NCBI GenBank assembly: GCA_951406725.2
Contig: OX597831.1
Coordinates: 28,210,001-28,274,000, forward strand
Source of the DNA: Octopus vulgaris
Taxonomy: Eukaryota
Direction: 5' to 3'
Length of the DNA stretch: 64,000 nucleotides
Numbering within the stretch: the first letter of the stretch is position 1; each line of letters begins with the position of its first letter. The translations under genes and the position numbers were made by a program. Shown here piece by piece: positions 1-13,911 of this stretch. The notes under the pieces were generated by a model, which ran no database searches, had not been told where the DNA came from, and saw nothing but the letters and a program-made list of their open reading frames with translations.

Positions 1-316
1 TTCTCTCCTTCTTCCTTTCCTTCTCTTTTTCTTTAACACTTCTCTCTCACTTTCTCCCCATTCATCACCCTCTTGTACTATCTTATAGCTCTCCCCACCT
101 CTACACACTCAGTAATACTATAAAAAGAGTCAAAATTCCTGCAAAAGTTAGTTCAATTTGAAAACTCCACTAGAGTGGATGAAAGCGCTAATATATGATA
201 TATGATTTATAAAAACATGTAACACTAATAAAAATCTGTAAATATAAAACCATCCAGATTTCTGAGTACCTCATTTCTTCTATATATAATACCTGTACAT
301 CATCTCCAAACCTTCT

Positions 317-568
317 AATATATATATATATATATATCTGTCTATATTTGCATGTGTGTATATATATATATATATATCTGTCTATATTTGTGTGTGTATA
401 TATATATATACATATAATATCTCTGTCTATATTTGTGTATATATATATATATATAATATATATGTATATAATATATATATCTATATATCTGTCTATATTT
501 GTGTATATATATATATATATATCTGTCTATATTTATATATATATATGTATGTATATAATACATATATT

Positions 569-599
<31 letters not shown>

Positions 600-665
600 G
601 TCTATATTTGTGTATACATCTCTATATCTATGTGTATGTGTACAACTATGTACATATGTGTATAC
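317..665. repeat. (TA)n-based compound micro/minisatellite
   Basis: Repeated atatctgtctatatttgtgt(at)n units. Confidence 0.9.
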
Positions 666-1428
666 CTCTACCACCACCACCACAGTCATCATTCCCATCA
701 TCATCACCACCATCATCAAGTCTTCCCTCTATTAACCCAACAGTATGTCCTTGAATGTCTGTCTGTCTGTATATCTGTCAGTCTATCTGTCAGTTGTTCA
801 GTCTGTCTGTCTGATTGCCTGTCTGCCTGTCTCTAACTGTCACATTTTTGAAAGGGTGTGGGTTACTTTTTAGCTAACTTAGCATAAGTTATGTGTATGT
901 GTGTACGTGTATGTATACATATGTGTATATATGTGTATGTGTTTATGATATATATAATATATATATATGTACATATGTATGTATATGTGTGTGAGTATAT
1001 GTATGTATGCACGTGCGAGCGTATATGTAGTGATGCTGGAATCTGTTATTAGAATGAGTCACAGGAACTAAGTTAACCGTTATTGCTGTTGTTGTTGTTG
1101 CCCTCCACGTCACACTACCTCTCCCTACTTCTCCCTTATTCCCCCCACCCTCTTTGCACCCTTGTATACTTACATATCTGACCCCCCCCCGGGCACACAA
1201 TACAACTCCCAGTCCCCTTCACGCACATGTACACATAAACATATATGCATGTATACACACACACACACACACAACTCTATACACATGTACACGTGTTCAA
1301 ACACACATGCACACATGCAAGGATATGTACACACTAACCTTCATACATATACGTACATACACACATACATACATACACACACACACACACTAACACGTAT
1401 ATATGTACTCACACATAAACACACTGAT

Positions 1429-1467
<39 letters not shown>

Positions 1468-1737
1468 GCTGTGCAGCAGGGTAAATATATCAAGACTTGG
1501 GGGCTGCTAGATGAGGCGGGGGGGGGGGGAGAAAAGGATATGATTGTTGTTGCTGTTTACCCCCAAAAGCAATCCAGTGGTGACCATCCCATTACATATT
1601 TTCTTACACACAAGGGAACATAGAAGAACATTACTCAACATGTGAGAGGGTGAGATGTAATTTGAGTGAGATTTGGCTGCTGTTTCATGCAGATTGTGTG
1701 ACCACATACTGGTTTCTTCATTAGATTAAAGTATTCA

Positions 1738-1961
1738 TTTCTTTACTGCCCATAAGGGGCTATACACAGAGGGGACAAACAAGGACAAACAAACGGATTG
1801 AGTCGATTACATCGACCCCAGTGCGTAACCGGTTCTTATCGACCCCGAAAGGATGAAAGGCAAAGTCGACCTTGGCGGAATTTGAACTCAGAACGTAACG
1901 GCAGACGAAATACGGTTACGCATTTCGCCCGGCGTGCTAACGTTTCTGCCAGCTCGCCGCC
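1738..1961 (-). mobile_element. tRNA-derived SINE family A (Nin/Deu-like core), tail type 1
   Basis: A box tggcagaaacg, B box gagttcaaattcc, core gcctttcatcctttcggggtcgataa, tail tagcccctt(g/a)tgggcagtaaagaaa. Other type-1 copies at 9504-9733 (+), 17706-17937 (-), 49220-49665 (+, dimer) and 59618-59849 (-). Confidence 0.85.
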
Positions 1962-4900
1962 TAGTATTACCATATTGGTAGGGTACCAATAAATGCTTTA
2001 TTATTATTGCTTTCTTTAGTTTTGGGCTACAGGCCTAATTAACCCTTGGCCCAGTTAGCCCTCTACAGGAACTAGCTTAAAAGTCTGCATGGAGTGTAGT
2101 TTTTAAGCAAGGTGATGGTAGTAGTAGTGGTGGTGGTGGTGGTGGTGGTGGTGGTAGTAGTAGTAGTCGTAGTAGTAGTTGGAGGAGTTTCTTTTATGTT
2201 GTTGAAGACTGGGGTTTTAGGATTACGAAGCATTTTTCTGTACCAAGCATACACCCTACCTCTTTTCGGGCTGTAACATCTGTCAATATCTTCAAAACCA
2301 GACACATCTACATCATGATGCTGGGCCCTAAACTACCCCTATAATATTCCTATAATACGCCTTACATCTACATGCCAATCTAGTCCATTCCCTAGTCCAA
2401 ATCTACATGTACATACATGTAGACAGGACATGCAAACACACTGTCAATGTGTCCCACATGTTGATGATGTTGTTTAACCCTAAGTCAGTCCTGAGCATTT
2501 ACAACTAAGATCAAAGGTATTCCAACCATGATCATCCTGTCTTTTTTTATGTGCAGTGAATGCATGACTACATTACTCAGTGTGTTGGTTTCTAATATGG
2601 TGGGTTAGAAATGGACATCCTGATTTAAAGGAGATTTGGCTGGTATTTCTAGCATGTCAGTCTATCATGTAGAGGCTCTCCCCCATTAGTTTTACTTCAG
2701 GACACTTTCATACCACTCTTTCCTTCCCTGCCTCCCACCCTCCTTCCTTGCCTCCTACTTTTCCTCCTTGCCTCCCACCCTTCCTCTCTGCCTGTCATTC
2801 TTCTTCCCTGCCTGCCATCCTTCCTCCTTGCCTGCCACCCTCCATAAACTGCATTTCATAGAACAACACAGGGCAAGGCAATTTGCAAGTGAGAGTTGTC
2901 AACTGTTTCCAATGCAATGCCATTCTTATTTCAGTTTTCACCCACCAGATCCTCTCACAAGGCTAGGGCCATAGTGGAAGACATTTGCCCAAAATGCCAC
3001 ACATTAGAACTGAACCCCAAATCACATGATCGGAAAGTAAGCTCCTTGACCATTCAGCCAATCCAGCACCTATTTAGGCTAACACAAAGACAGAGTGAAT
3101 GCATGCTTGATAATCTGAAAACATAGTCTTCTACAGTGTAAACAATATGGAAAATTATTTTTAAAGATTTATTTCATCAGTGCATAAATGCTGTCCTGTG
3201 ATAATCCAGAGACCCATGATCAGCCTAGATTAATGTGTCCGAGAACTTTCTGGAACAATTGCCACAGCAAAAAAAACAGCACTACAACACAACAGAAGAA
3301 TAGTGCAATAAACTGTGATATTTGTTTTTTACAAAAACAAAGTGGGGAGGGTTTCGATGTTATGGAAAATGGTTCGTTATCAGGATAAAACAGAAAGTTC
3401 TGAGGAAATAGTGGTTACAACAAAAGTCACATATGAAATCCATGTAGCTTTCATTGTAAAACACTGCTTCTCAGGAAATTTCTTCTTTGTTTTTCTCCTC
3501 CTGTGCTTTTTCTTGATGATGGGCCTATTGTTCAAAATGTCAAACACTGATTTCTTTTTTCATCACAATGTGAAATTAATTAACCTTGTACTTCTGTTCT
3601 TTTATTGATATTGACATGTAGAAGGGGTGCACATTTCAAGGAATGGTGGGTTAGTGGGGATAGGTGCACCCAATTAGACCAGTTCCAAACCCCATGCTAC
3701 CCCAGTACATGACTAGTATTTTATCATATCCCTTACTCCACCAAAAATGTGAAAGGGTTGACTGAATGTGAGCGAGCGCGCACACACACACACAGATTTT
3801 CTGTAAGTGTATGCATGTGTGTACATATGTTTGTTTATGTCTGGATTGAGTGGAACTGCTCAGGTGTTGAAACCCTAGTGGTATCTGTCAGACAGCTGAT
3901 GATGGAATGTATATATTTGTTGTGTTTGTCTAATTGTAAATGCTTTACATTGTGGACCATTTGTATTTTGTATTCTCGTTGTTTCAGTATTGTCCTTCAT
4001 TGAGATTCTGGTTCTGAGAAGAGTTAGACTTCTTCAGGGGATTTATAGTTTATGCTGGTCTTATTGTATACACAACACACTCATACACACACACACACAC
4101 ACTCAAACTGTGTGTATGTGTGTCCCATGCATAAATATGTATAAACTCATGTCTTTGATCAATCCTTGCTATGAATTCATAACCAATGGTTATTTTGGGG
4201 GTTGCTCTGTCAGAAATAACAGCCAAATCCCCCACCAATCATGCTCTACCATCTTTAATAACAGAAAGGCTTTACATGGTAATGTAAGTCTTAGATACTC
4301 TGTACCTGAATAAAAGAGTTAGATGGTTACAGTTGTAATACCTTTGATCACACACCTGCTTGATCACAGCTGACCTGGAACTTGAATGAATTAAACTTAA
4401 AAAGATAATTGATAAGCCTTTGTTATTATTTTTTTTCTATACGATAACAATGATGATAATAAATATGGTGGTGTTAGTGGCAGTCGAGACAGTGGTGGGT
4501 GATGGTAACAGTAGCAACAGTGAGTTTAGGGATTATGGTAGTGGTTGTGGTAGGGGTGTAACTCAAGCGTTTATTCATTCAAACTATAAAAGCATATGAA
4601 ATGTGCAACAGAAATAGTTTTTGAATATTATTTCTAATTTGAACTTTGAACTCTTACAAACCGACAAAGGCACACTGACTGGGAGTAGATTTTTAAATGC
4701 ATATATGTGTGTGAGTTTCTCTGTGTGTGTATATATAGGCATGTGTATGTACTCTTTTACTTGTTTCAGTCATTTGACTGCAGCCATGCTGAAGCACTGC
4801 CTTTTAGTTGAGCAAATATCACCCAAGGACTTATTCTTTATAAGCCTAGTACTTATTCTATCGGTTTCTTAGACCGAACCACTAAGTCAAGGAGTTGTAA

Positions 4901-5804
4901 ACACACCAGCATCGGTTGTCAAGCGATGTTGTGGGGGTACAAACACACATATATACATATACATATATACAATGGGCTTCTTTCAGTTTCCGTCTACCAA
5001 ATCCACTCACAAGGCTTTGGTCGGCCCGAGGCTATAGTAGACACTTGCCCAAGGTGCCACGCAGTGGGACTGAACCTGGAACCATGTGGTTGGTAAGCAT
5101 ACTTTAGGCTCAAGGCCCAAAAATTTTTGGAGTGGCGGTGGGGAGGGGGCAGTCGATTAGATTGACCCCAGTACGCTACTCGTACTTAATTTTCGACCTC
5201 GAAAGGATGAGAGGCAAAGTCGACCTTGGCGGAATTTGAACTCAGAATGTAAATACAGACAAAAATACTGCGAAGCATTTTGTCCACCATGCTAACAATT
5301 CTTGCAGCTTGCCTTATATATATATATACACACACACATTATAATATAAGTGAGTAACAAAAGAGGTACAGGTGTCAATTCATTATGGCTGCTCCCAACG
5401 ACTCCCTTAATTGATTTATGGGAACATTACATCATTGTAAAGAAACCTTTTTCGTCAGATAAATACAGTAATCCCTCGACTATCATGGGTCTTGTCCCCC
5501 CATTAACAGGGGTAGCCGGATCTACCTCAATGCATCCAGCTGTAGAAACTCTGCCAGATCAGATTGGAGCCTGGTGCAGCCATCTGGTTCGCCAGTCCTC
5601 AGTCAAATCATCCAACCCATGCTAGCATGGAAAGCAGATGTTAAGTGGTAATGATAATGACGATGATGATAAGGTGCAGGCGTGGCTGTGTGATAAGAAG
5701 CTTGTTTCTCAACCTCATGGTTCTGGGTTCAGTCCCACTGCGTGACACCTTGGGCAAGTGTACTATAGCCTCAGCTGACCAAGGAAACTGAAAGAAGCCC
5801 GGCG

Positions 5805-5926
<122 letters not shown>

Positions 5927-6768
5927 GGTATGTATGTGTGTCTGTGTTTGTCCCCCACCATCAACTGACAACTGATGTTGGTGTGTTTACGTGCCTGTAA
6001 CTTAGCAGTTTGGCAAAAGAGACTATAGACTACTATAGCCTCGGGCCGACCAAAGCCTTGTGAGTGGATTTGGTAGACGGAAACTGAAAGAAGCCAGTTG
6101 TATATATGTATATGTATATGTATATATGTGTGTTTGTACCCCCACAACATTGCTTGACAACCGATGCTGGTGTGTTTACAACTCCTTGACTTAGTGGTTC
6201 GGCCTAAGAAACCGATAGAATAAGTACTAGGCTTACAAAGAATAAGTCCTGGGGTCGATTTATTCGACTATAGGCCATGCTCCAGCATGGCTATAGTCAC
6301 ATGACTGAAACAAATAAAAGAATAAAAGAAAAAGAATATATGTAGCTGTAAACATTGTTATATGGCTAAGATATTCATGGTTACAGGATCTAGAGTTGAA
6401 TCCCATCGTGCAAGTTTCTCCTGTTTTGCAAGCGAATTTAGCAGACGGAAAATTTGCTGAAGTCTGTTGTATATGTGTGGGCGTGTAGTGTACTTCTTAC
6501 ACACATACATCAACACATGCACATACATGCTCATGCACACACACACACACACACACACGCATACATTCAAGGTCAATGTTGCTTTTCACGATGAAACAAG
6601 AAAACAGCGTAACACAAATGCTAAAATGCAACCCATGTAACCGTACTTGCAGGTCTTGACTTGTTTTGTTAGAGCGTCTCTCAGACACATGATTTCTCTT
6701 AATTTGCTTAATTATACAGTACTATACACACTCATACATGTGTGTGTGTGTGTGCATATACACACACG

Positions 6769-6806
<38 letters not shown>

Positions 6807-7101
6807 GGGCCATAGTTCAGTAGTAGTGAGGGCAATTCCAGGACCAGGCAGTGTGTTGTGTTCTTGAGCAAGACACTTAATTTCATGTTGCTCCATTTCA
6901 TTCAGCTGTAGAAATGAGTTGTGATGTCACTGGTACCAAGCTGTATCGGCTTTTGCCTTTCCCTTAGATAACATCGGTGGCATGGAGAGGGGAGGCTGGT
7001 GTGCATGGGTGACTGCTGGTCTTCCAAAACAACCTTGCCCAGACTTGTACCTCAGAAGGGAACTTTCTAGGTACAATCCCATGGTTACTCATGACTGAAG
7101 T

Positions 7102-7169
<68 letters not shown>

Positions 7170-7542
7170 CAAAACAAAGGACAGAAAAATAGGGAATATT
7201 TTTAATTCTATGCTATATGTGTTTCAAACATATACAAGTATAAGTACCAGTTGAGCACTACGGTTGATGTAATTGACTTATGTGCTCCTCTAAAATTGCT
7301 GGCGTTGTACTAAAATGTGAAACCTAAGACTTACTCAATACTTTTTTTTTAGAGTACATATTTGTTGCACTTATACATAAAGGGTGTCGGTGGCTTTAAA
7401 GTTTCGGTCTTCTGGTCTTCATCATAGTTTTGAAGGCTAAGAGGTAGAAAACTTCGAAGCCACTGTCACTCCTTTGTCTTGTAGAAGGATAATACATACA
7501 AATATAGAAGGATAATATCTACAAAAACTTGGGTGCAATATC

Positions 7543-7756
7543 CTTTTCTACTCTAGGCATAAGGCCTGAAATTTTTGGGGATGGGGCCAGTCGATTAGAT
7601 CAACTCCAGTATGCAACTGCTACTTAATTTATCGACCCTGGAAAGATAAAAGGTGAAGTTGACCTTGGCAGAATTTGAACTCGGAACATAAAGGCAGACG
7701 AAATACCACTAAGCATTTCGCCCGGCATCTTACGTTTCTGCCAGCTTGCTGCCTTC
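7543..7756 (-). mobile_element. SINE family A, tail type 2
   Basis: Same head and core, but tail ccccaaaaatttcaggcctt(g/a)tgcctagagtagaaaag. Others at 5105-5316 (-), 30130-30340 (+), 32820-33037 (-), 36262-36478 (+), 36488-36655 (+) and 63975-64000 (-, partial). Confidence 0.8.
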
Positions 7757-8182
7757 TTGGTGCAATCTTCTACCCAGCCAGCTCCTGTAGAACCATCTAA
7801 CCCATACCAGCATGCAAAACGGATGTTAAATGATGATGATGATACACATACATACATGCACACACACACACATGCACACGCATATATACAAACACACACA
7901 CGTACACACCAGGCACCCACCCACACACACATACACACACACACATGTGTAATCAATGCTATATGGCCAAATGGAAGTTAAATGATGCTAATGAATATAT
8001 GTGTGTGTGTACATGTGTGTGTATACACACACACACAGACACACATATATATATACATATATATATAGATATATATATACACACACACACACACATGTAT
8101 ATATATAAACACACATACATATATATATGTATACACACACACATGTATATATATAAACACATACATATATATATGTATATAT

Positions 8183-8220
<38 letters not shown>

Positions 8221-8589
8221 ACATATATATATACACACACACACATATATGTATTTGTATGTCTTTGTGTTGTTGTTGTTGGCTGTAGTCCTGTTCTTGT
8301 TGTTGTTACATGTTTACTAAAATACTTCTGTTGTAAACATGCACAACCTCTTTCTCCACCTCCTCCTCGTCCTCCTTGTTTTCCTTAACCCAATCAATAG
8401 CAAGAAATGGTGTTGTTTTGAAGCAAATCTATATTCTTGGACTGTCAGAAAGTTTCCTCAGAAGGAGTGGTGCACTCCGAGTCTTGAGTGTGTGCGGTTG
8501 ATCCGGTCGGGCGGGTGGGTGCGTGTATAGAGAGAGAGAAGATGGTGTGTTGGAATGGAGCTTGTATTACTACCATGGTGATAGAGGTG

Positions 8590-9260
8590 TATTATGATGA
8601 TGGTGGTGGTGGTGGTGGTGATTGTGATGAGGGTGGTGGTGGTAGTGATTGTGATGAGGGTGGTGGTGGTTGTGATGGTGGTGGTGATGGTAGTGGTGGA
8701 TAGAGGTGGTTGTAGTGTTGGTGGTTGGATAGGGTGGTGGTGGTTGTGGTGGTGGTGATGGTAGTGGTGGATAGAGGTGGTTGTAGTGTTGGTGGTTGGA
8801 TAGGGTGGTGGTGGTTGTGGTGGTGGTAGTGGTAGTGATGACAGTTTTGATGTTGATGGTAGTAGCGTGATGTTGGTAGGGCTGGCGATGCTAGTAGTTG
8901 TAATGGTTATAGTGGTAGTGATAGTAGTGATATAGTGATGGTGGTGGTGGTAGTAGTGGTGGTGGTGACAGTGATTGTGGTCTTGGTGGTGGTGGTGGTA
9001 GTAGTAGTGGTGGTGACAGTGATTGTGGTCTTGGTGGTGGTGGTAGTAGTACTGGTGGTGATAGTGATTGTGGTCTTGGTGGTGGTGGTAGTAGTACTGG
9101 TGGTGATAGTGATTGTGGTCTTGGTGGTGGTGGTGGTGACAGTGATTGTGGTCTTGGTGGTGGTGGTAGTAGTACTGGTGGTGACAGTGATTGTGGTCTT
9201 GGTGGTGGTGGTGGTAGTAGTAGTAGTGGTGATAGTGATTGTGGTCTTGTTGGTATTGGT
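8590..9260. repeat. (GGT/AGT)n low-complexity tract with higher-order units
   Basis: About 70-bp duplication at 8700-8830 and about 7 copies of gtga(c/t)agtgattgtggtcttggtggtggtggtagtagta. Confidence 0.9.
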
Positions 9261-11121
9261 TGTAATGGGCTCTGTTATAGTTGGTGGTATTGGTGTCAGT
9301 AGTGTTGGTGGCGGCAGTGCAGGCAGTGGTGTTAATGCTATTAAGAGAAGTGTTAATAAAGATGATAATGGTAGTCTTGATGATGATGATGGTGATGGTA
9401 GTTATAGAAGTGATAACAATGCTGGTAATGTTGGACTGGTTCTATATTTAGGAGAAAGGGATTATGTGACAGTCATGCCCTTCTCAATATCAGTGGTGTC
9501 ATTAAGGTGGCAAACTGGCAGAAACGTTAGCACGCCGGGCGAAATGCTGAGCGGTATTTTGTCTGTTTTTACGTTCTGAGTTCAAATTCTGCCGAGGTTG
9601 ACTTTGTCTTTCATCCTTTCGGGGTCGATAAATTAAGTACCAGTTATGCACTGGTGTCTATGTAATCGACTTAATCCCTTTGTCTGTCCTTGTTTGTCCC
9701 CTCTATGTTTAGCCCCTTGTGGGCAATAAAGATACAGATATTTCGTCTGTCTTTACATTCTGAATTCAAATTCTGTGGAGGTTGACCTTGCCTTTCATCC
9801 TTTCAGGATCGATAAATTAAGTACCAGTTGCATACTGGGGTCGATCCTCCCACCAAATTTTGGCCCTATGCCTCAAGAAGAAAATAATATCAGTGGCGTC
9901 ATTTATGGAAATGAAATATGAATCAACAGAGTATTGAGAAAACCCAAACCAGCAAGGGAGACCTGTATGTGGTAGATTAAGCTGTTAGAAACAGCAGCCA
10001 AATCTCCCTCATCACAGCCTCCTCATGTATCGTATGCTATGGTGAAAGTCTTCTTCATTTAAGCAAGAGTTCTCTCATTGGATGAAACCATAGCATTACT
10101 TCATTCTAAATTTCTCAAGGTGTTTTGTTGGTTGTTCATATTCTTGATGAGAGTCTGGTGGTGGTTGAGATGGCGCTGGGAAGAAATAAAAATAGAGGTG
10201 ATGAGGTGACAGGATGGACTCTTTTTTAAAGTATGAGGTGCACAGAAATAAGCGAGGCAGAGGGACCAGGAGTGTTGAGTTTACAAGAGAGTATAAATGT
10301 GAATGAGAGATGAGTATGGAGCAGAGATAGGCAACTACTGTAAAGACTGGGTAAGGTTGAAGGGCAGATGGGGTTAATGGTGGCAAGATAACTAATGATA
10401 CTTGAGTTAGGGAGGTGAAAAGCATAGGAGATGACTGACAGTGCAGAGCAGCAGCAGAATATTAATGATGATACAGTAGACAGGAGATGTACAAGAGCAA
10501 GAAAGATGACACACCACAGTCTCTTCTGCTGAGCTGATAAGTTATGGATGGGGGGCATAAACAAACCAACACTGGTTGTCTAGCGATGGTGGTGGTGGGA
10601 CATACACCACAGTCTGAAAGACACACACTTGTACACTCAATAGGTTTCCACAAAGTTTTCATGAGAAAAAGATGGGATAGTCTTGGTTGGAATGCTTTTG
10701 ATCATAGATCTGTTTGATCAGACAAGAATCCCCCTCCCCTCCTCCCTCCCACCATAGAATGCTATCCCCTCAAACCCTCTGTACACTTCCCTCCTTGCTC
10801 TACAAACATTGACCTACAGAAAAGTTCATTTTTGAAGGTTAACTTTATTGATCTTCTCTCTCTCTCTCTCTTTTTGGGCGTGACCTGCAAAGATCATGGG
10901 TTCCCCTGTCTCTGGGTGTGACCTGCAAAGGTCACGAGCACTGCTTTGCACTTCATCCTCTGATCATGTATTTAATAAGTGTTTATGTACCAGGGTATTG
11001 AGTTAATGATATAGTTCACTGTGTAGGTTATATATATATGTATAAACACACACACTCATACATCTCTATGCATATATATATATATATAAATATACATACA
11101 CACACACACACACACACACAT

Positions 11122-11176
<55 letters not shown>

Positions 11177-12929
11177 AATATGTGCAATATATACATATAT
11201 CTATATCATCATCATCATCATCATTTAACGTCCATTTGCCGTGCTGGCATGGGTTGGATGGTTTTGACAGGAGTTGGCAAGTCAAAAGACTACACCACAC
11301 ACACACACACACCCATATGCACACATGATGCACACTCACACACATATATACACACACATACATGTGCACACACACACACACATATATACAGACACATAAA
11401 TACACATATAGTAGCTGTTTATGTACAAGATGAGTACTATTAGGAAGTGTGTGTGTGTGTTTGTGTGAAAGAGAGAAAGAGAGAGAGAAGGTAATGAAGA
11501 GATAGGAAGGGGGTGGGGGAGAAAGATAGGAAGAAAGAGAGAACTAAGAAGAGATTAAGCGATTATTAACGAAACATTAAATAATACACAGTTAAGTAGA
11601 TCTTGAGAGATAATCTCTCTACTGCAATATATAACATTGGGGCGGTGGTGTAGCACTGGTTAGTAGTGGTGGTCATGGTGTTAGGACATTGCTGGTGTTA
11701 GTGGTTGTGGTGGGAGATACAACAGTGGTGTAGCATTGGTTTGTAGTGGTTGTGGTCTGAAGACAATTTTAGTGGTGGTAGTGGTGGTAGTGATCATGGT
11801 ATTAGCATCCTGCTGGTGGTAGTGGTGATGTTTGTGGTGGTGCTAGTGCTAGTGATGTTGGATAGTGGTGTTGATGGTAGTGGTGGTGGTGGTGGTGCTG
11901 GTAGTGGTGATAATGTTGGGACATTGTTGATGGTGGTGGTGTTAGGACAATGTTGATGTGAATGGTGATGATGTTGTGAAAACTGCTTGTAGTATAGGTG
12001 GTGGTAGTGGTGATGGTGGTGGTAGTAGTGGTGGTAGTGGTAGTAGTTGTAGTAATGGTAGTAGTGTGGTTGTAGTGGTGGTGGTGGTGGTGGTAGTGAT
12101 AGTGTTTAGGGCATCCCTGCAGTCTAAGTTGTAGTAGTGGTAGAGACAATACTGTGTCACATTCTTTTACCATCACTACTATAGCCCTGCGCTGACCAAT
12201 GCCTTCTACATAAATTTGGTAGATGGAAACTGTGTGGAAGCACAGCCCATGCCAGTATGGAAACTGGACATTAAACGATGATGATATATATAGGTGCCGC
12301 TCTAACATGTTGCCTACATGACCATTTATACTTTAGCATGCAGTCTAATCCTAACCTTAAACCTTTGTTCATATCAGATCTTTTCACAGCATGCACTATG
12401 GATAAAATGTGGTAAACTGCACTCTAAAGTAGGACCTGTGTGTGTGTTGTGTGTGTTGTGTGTGTGTGTCCCACTGCTTGACAACTAGTGTTGGTTTATT
12501 TACATCCCCTGTAACATATCAGTTTGGCAATAAGAACAAATGGAATCAGTGTCACACTACAAGGCAGTTAATTTATTTGACTAAAGCCTTCAGGGTGGTG
12601 CACCAGCTTGGCTGTAGATAAATAACTGAAACAAGTAAAAGATAAAATATATAATTATAATAATAATAATAATATTAGGGAGTATAACTCCAAACTTATA
12701 GGGAAAAATTCAATTTAGTATTAAATCAAATTTCACAATATAAATATATAATATATATAAATTAGAGAAAAACAATGTTTATGTCCCCGTAACTTAGTCC
12801 CCAGCAAAAGAGACCGATAGAATAAGTACGAGGCTTACAAAGAATAAGTCCTGGGGTTGATTTGATTGACTAGAGGCGGTGCTCCTGTATGGCTACAGTC
12901 AAATGACTGAAACAAGTAAAATACTAAAA

Positions 12930-12970
<41 letters not shown>

Positions 12971-12971
<1 letters not shown>

Positions 12972-13911
12972 CATGGTGTACGAACAGCCATGCTACATGG
13001 CAGTGAAACATGGGCCGTGACTGCTGAGGACATGCGTAAGCTCGCGAGAAATGAAGCCAGTATGCTCTGATGGATGTGTAATGTCAGTGTGCATGCTCGA
13101 CAGCGTTAGTACCCTGAAAGAAATGTTGGACCTAAGAAGCATCAGTTGTGGTGTGCAAGAGAGACGATTGCGCTGGTATGGTCATGTGGCGAGAATGGAT
13201 GAAGATAGGTATGTGAAAAAGTGCCAATCCCTAGCAGTGGAGGGAACCCGTGGAAGAGGTAGACCCAGGAAAACTTGGGACGAGGTGGTGAAGCACGACC
13301 TTCGAACTTTAGGTCTCACTGAGGAAATAACCAGCGACCGAGACCTTTGGAAATATGCTGTGCGTGAAAAGACCAGGCAGGACAAGTGAGTCCAGCCCAC
13401 TTATGCATGCCTTTCCTCCCTTGGACACACAAAGACCTGTTGAGGCAAGCGAAGTCGATATCGAACCTCATCCGACGACAGGCACCTATGCCAACCCCTC
13501 TTTGCTTGCGAAGACCTGTTGGGGCAAGTGAAATCGGAATCGAAATTGAACCAATCCTATGACTGGCACCTGGCAGATGCCAGGACCCCTGGACTGGAGA
13601 TACATAAAAAGCACTATTCGAATCGTGGCCGATGCCAGTGCCGCCTAGACTGGCTTCCGTGCAGGTGGCACGTAAAATGCACCAATCCGACCGTGGCCGA
13701 TGCCAGCCTCGCCTGGCACCAGTGCAGGTGGCACGTAAAAAGCACCCACTACACTCACGGAGTGGTTGGCGTTAGGAAGGGCATCCAGCTGTAGAAACAT
13801 TGCCAGATAAGACCGGAGCCTGGTGCAGCCTTCTGGCTTCCCAGATCCCCGGTCGAACTGTCCAACCCATGCAAGCATGGAGAACGGACGTTAAACGATG
13901 ATGATGATGAT
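12971..13911 (+). mobile_element. RTE-clade LINE, 5'-truncated 3' fragment (ORF C-terminus, 3' UTR, (GAT)n tail)
   Basis: Peptide RRLRWYGHVARMDEDRYVKK...EGTRGRGRPRKTWDEVV...DRDLWK is typical of RTE ORF ends. The upstream frame gives MLHGSETW. Ends ggacgttaaac(gat)n. Confidence 0.9.

Noticed and set aside
342-1623. ORFs rich in YI/CV/HT dipeptides (and many similar ORFs across the window)
   Set aside because: Translations of (TA)n, (TG)n and (CA)n microsatellites that lack stop codons. No coding signal.
2072-2305. Minus-strand ORF SGFEDIDRCYSPKRGRVYAWYRK as an antisense exon
   Set aside because: No recognisable family, no clear splice sites, and it runs into a trinucleotide repeat.
8935-9579. 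214-aa poly-Val ORF resembling a membrane protein
   Set aside because: Derived from a (GGT/AGT)n minisatellite running into a SINE.
13621-13760. Repeat-spacer pattern resembling a CRISPR array
   Set aside because: Eukaryotic context, the units are internal tandem repeats of an RTE 3' UTR, and there are no cas genes.
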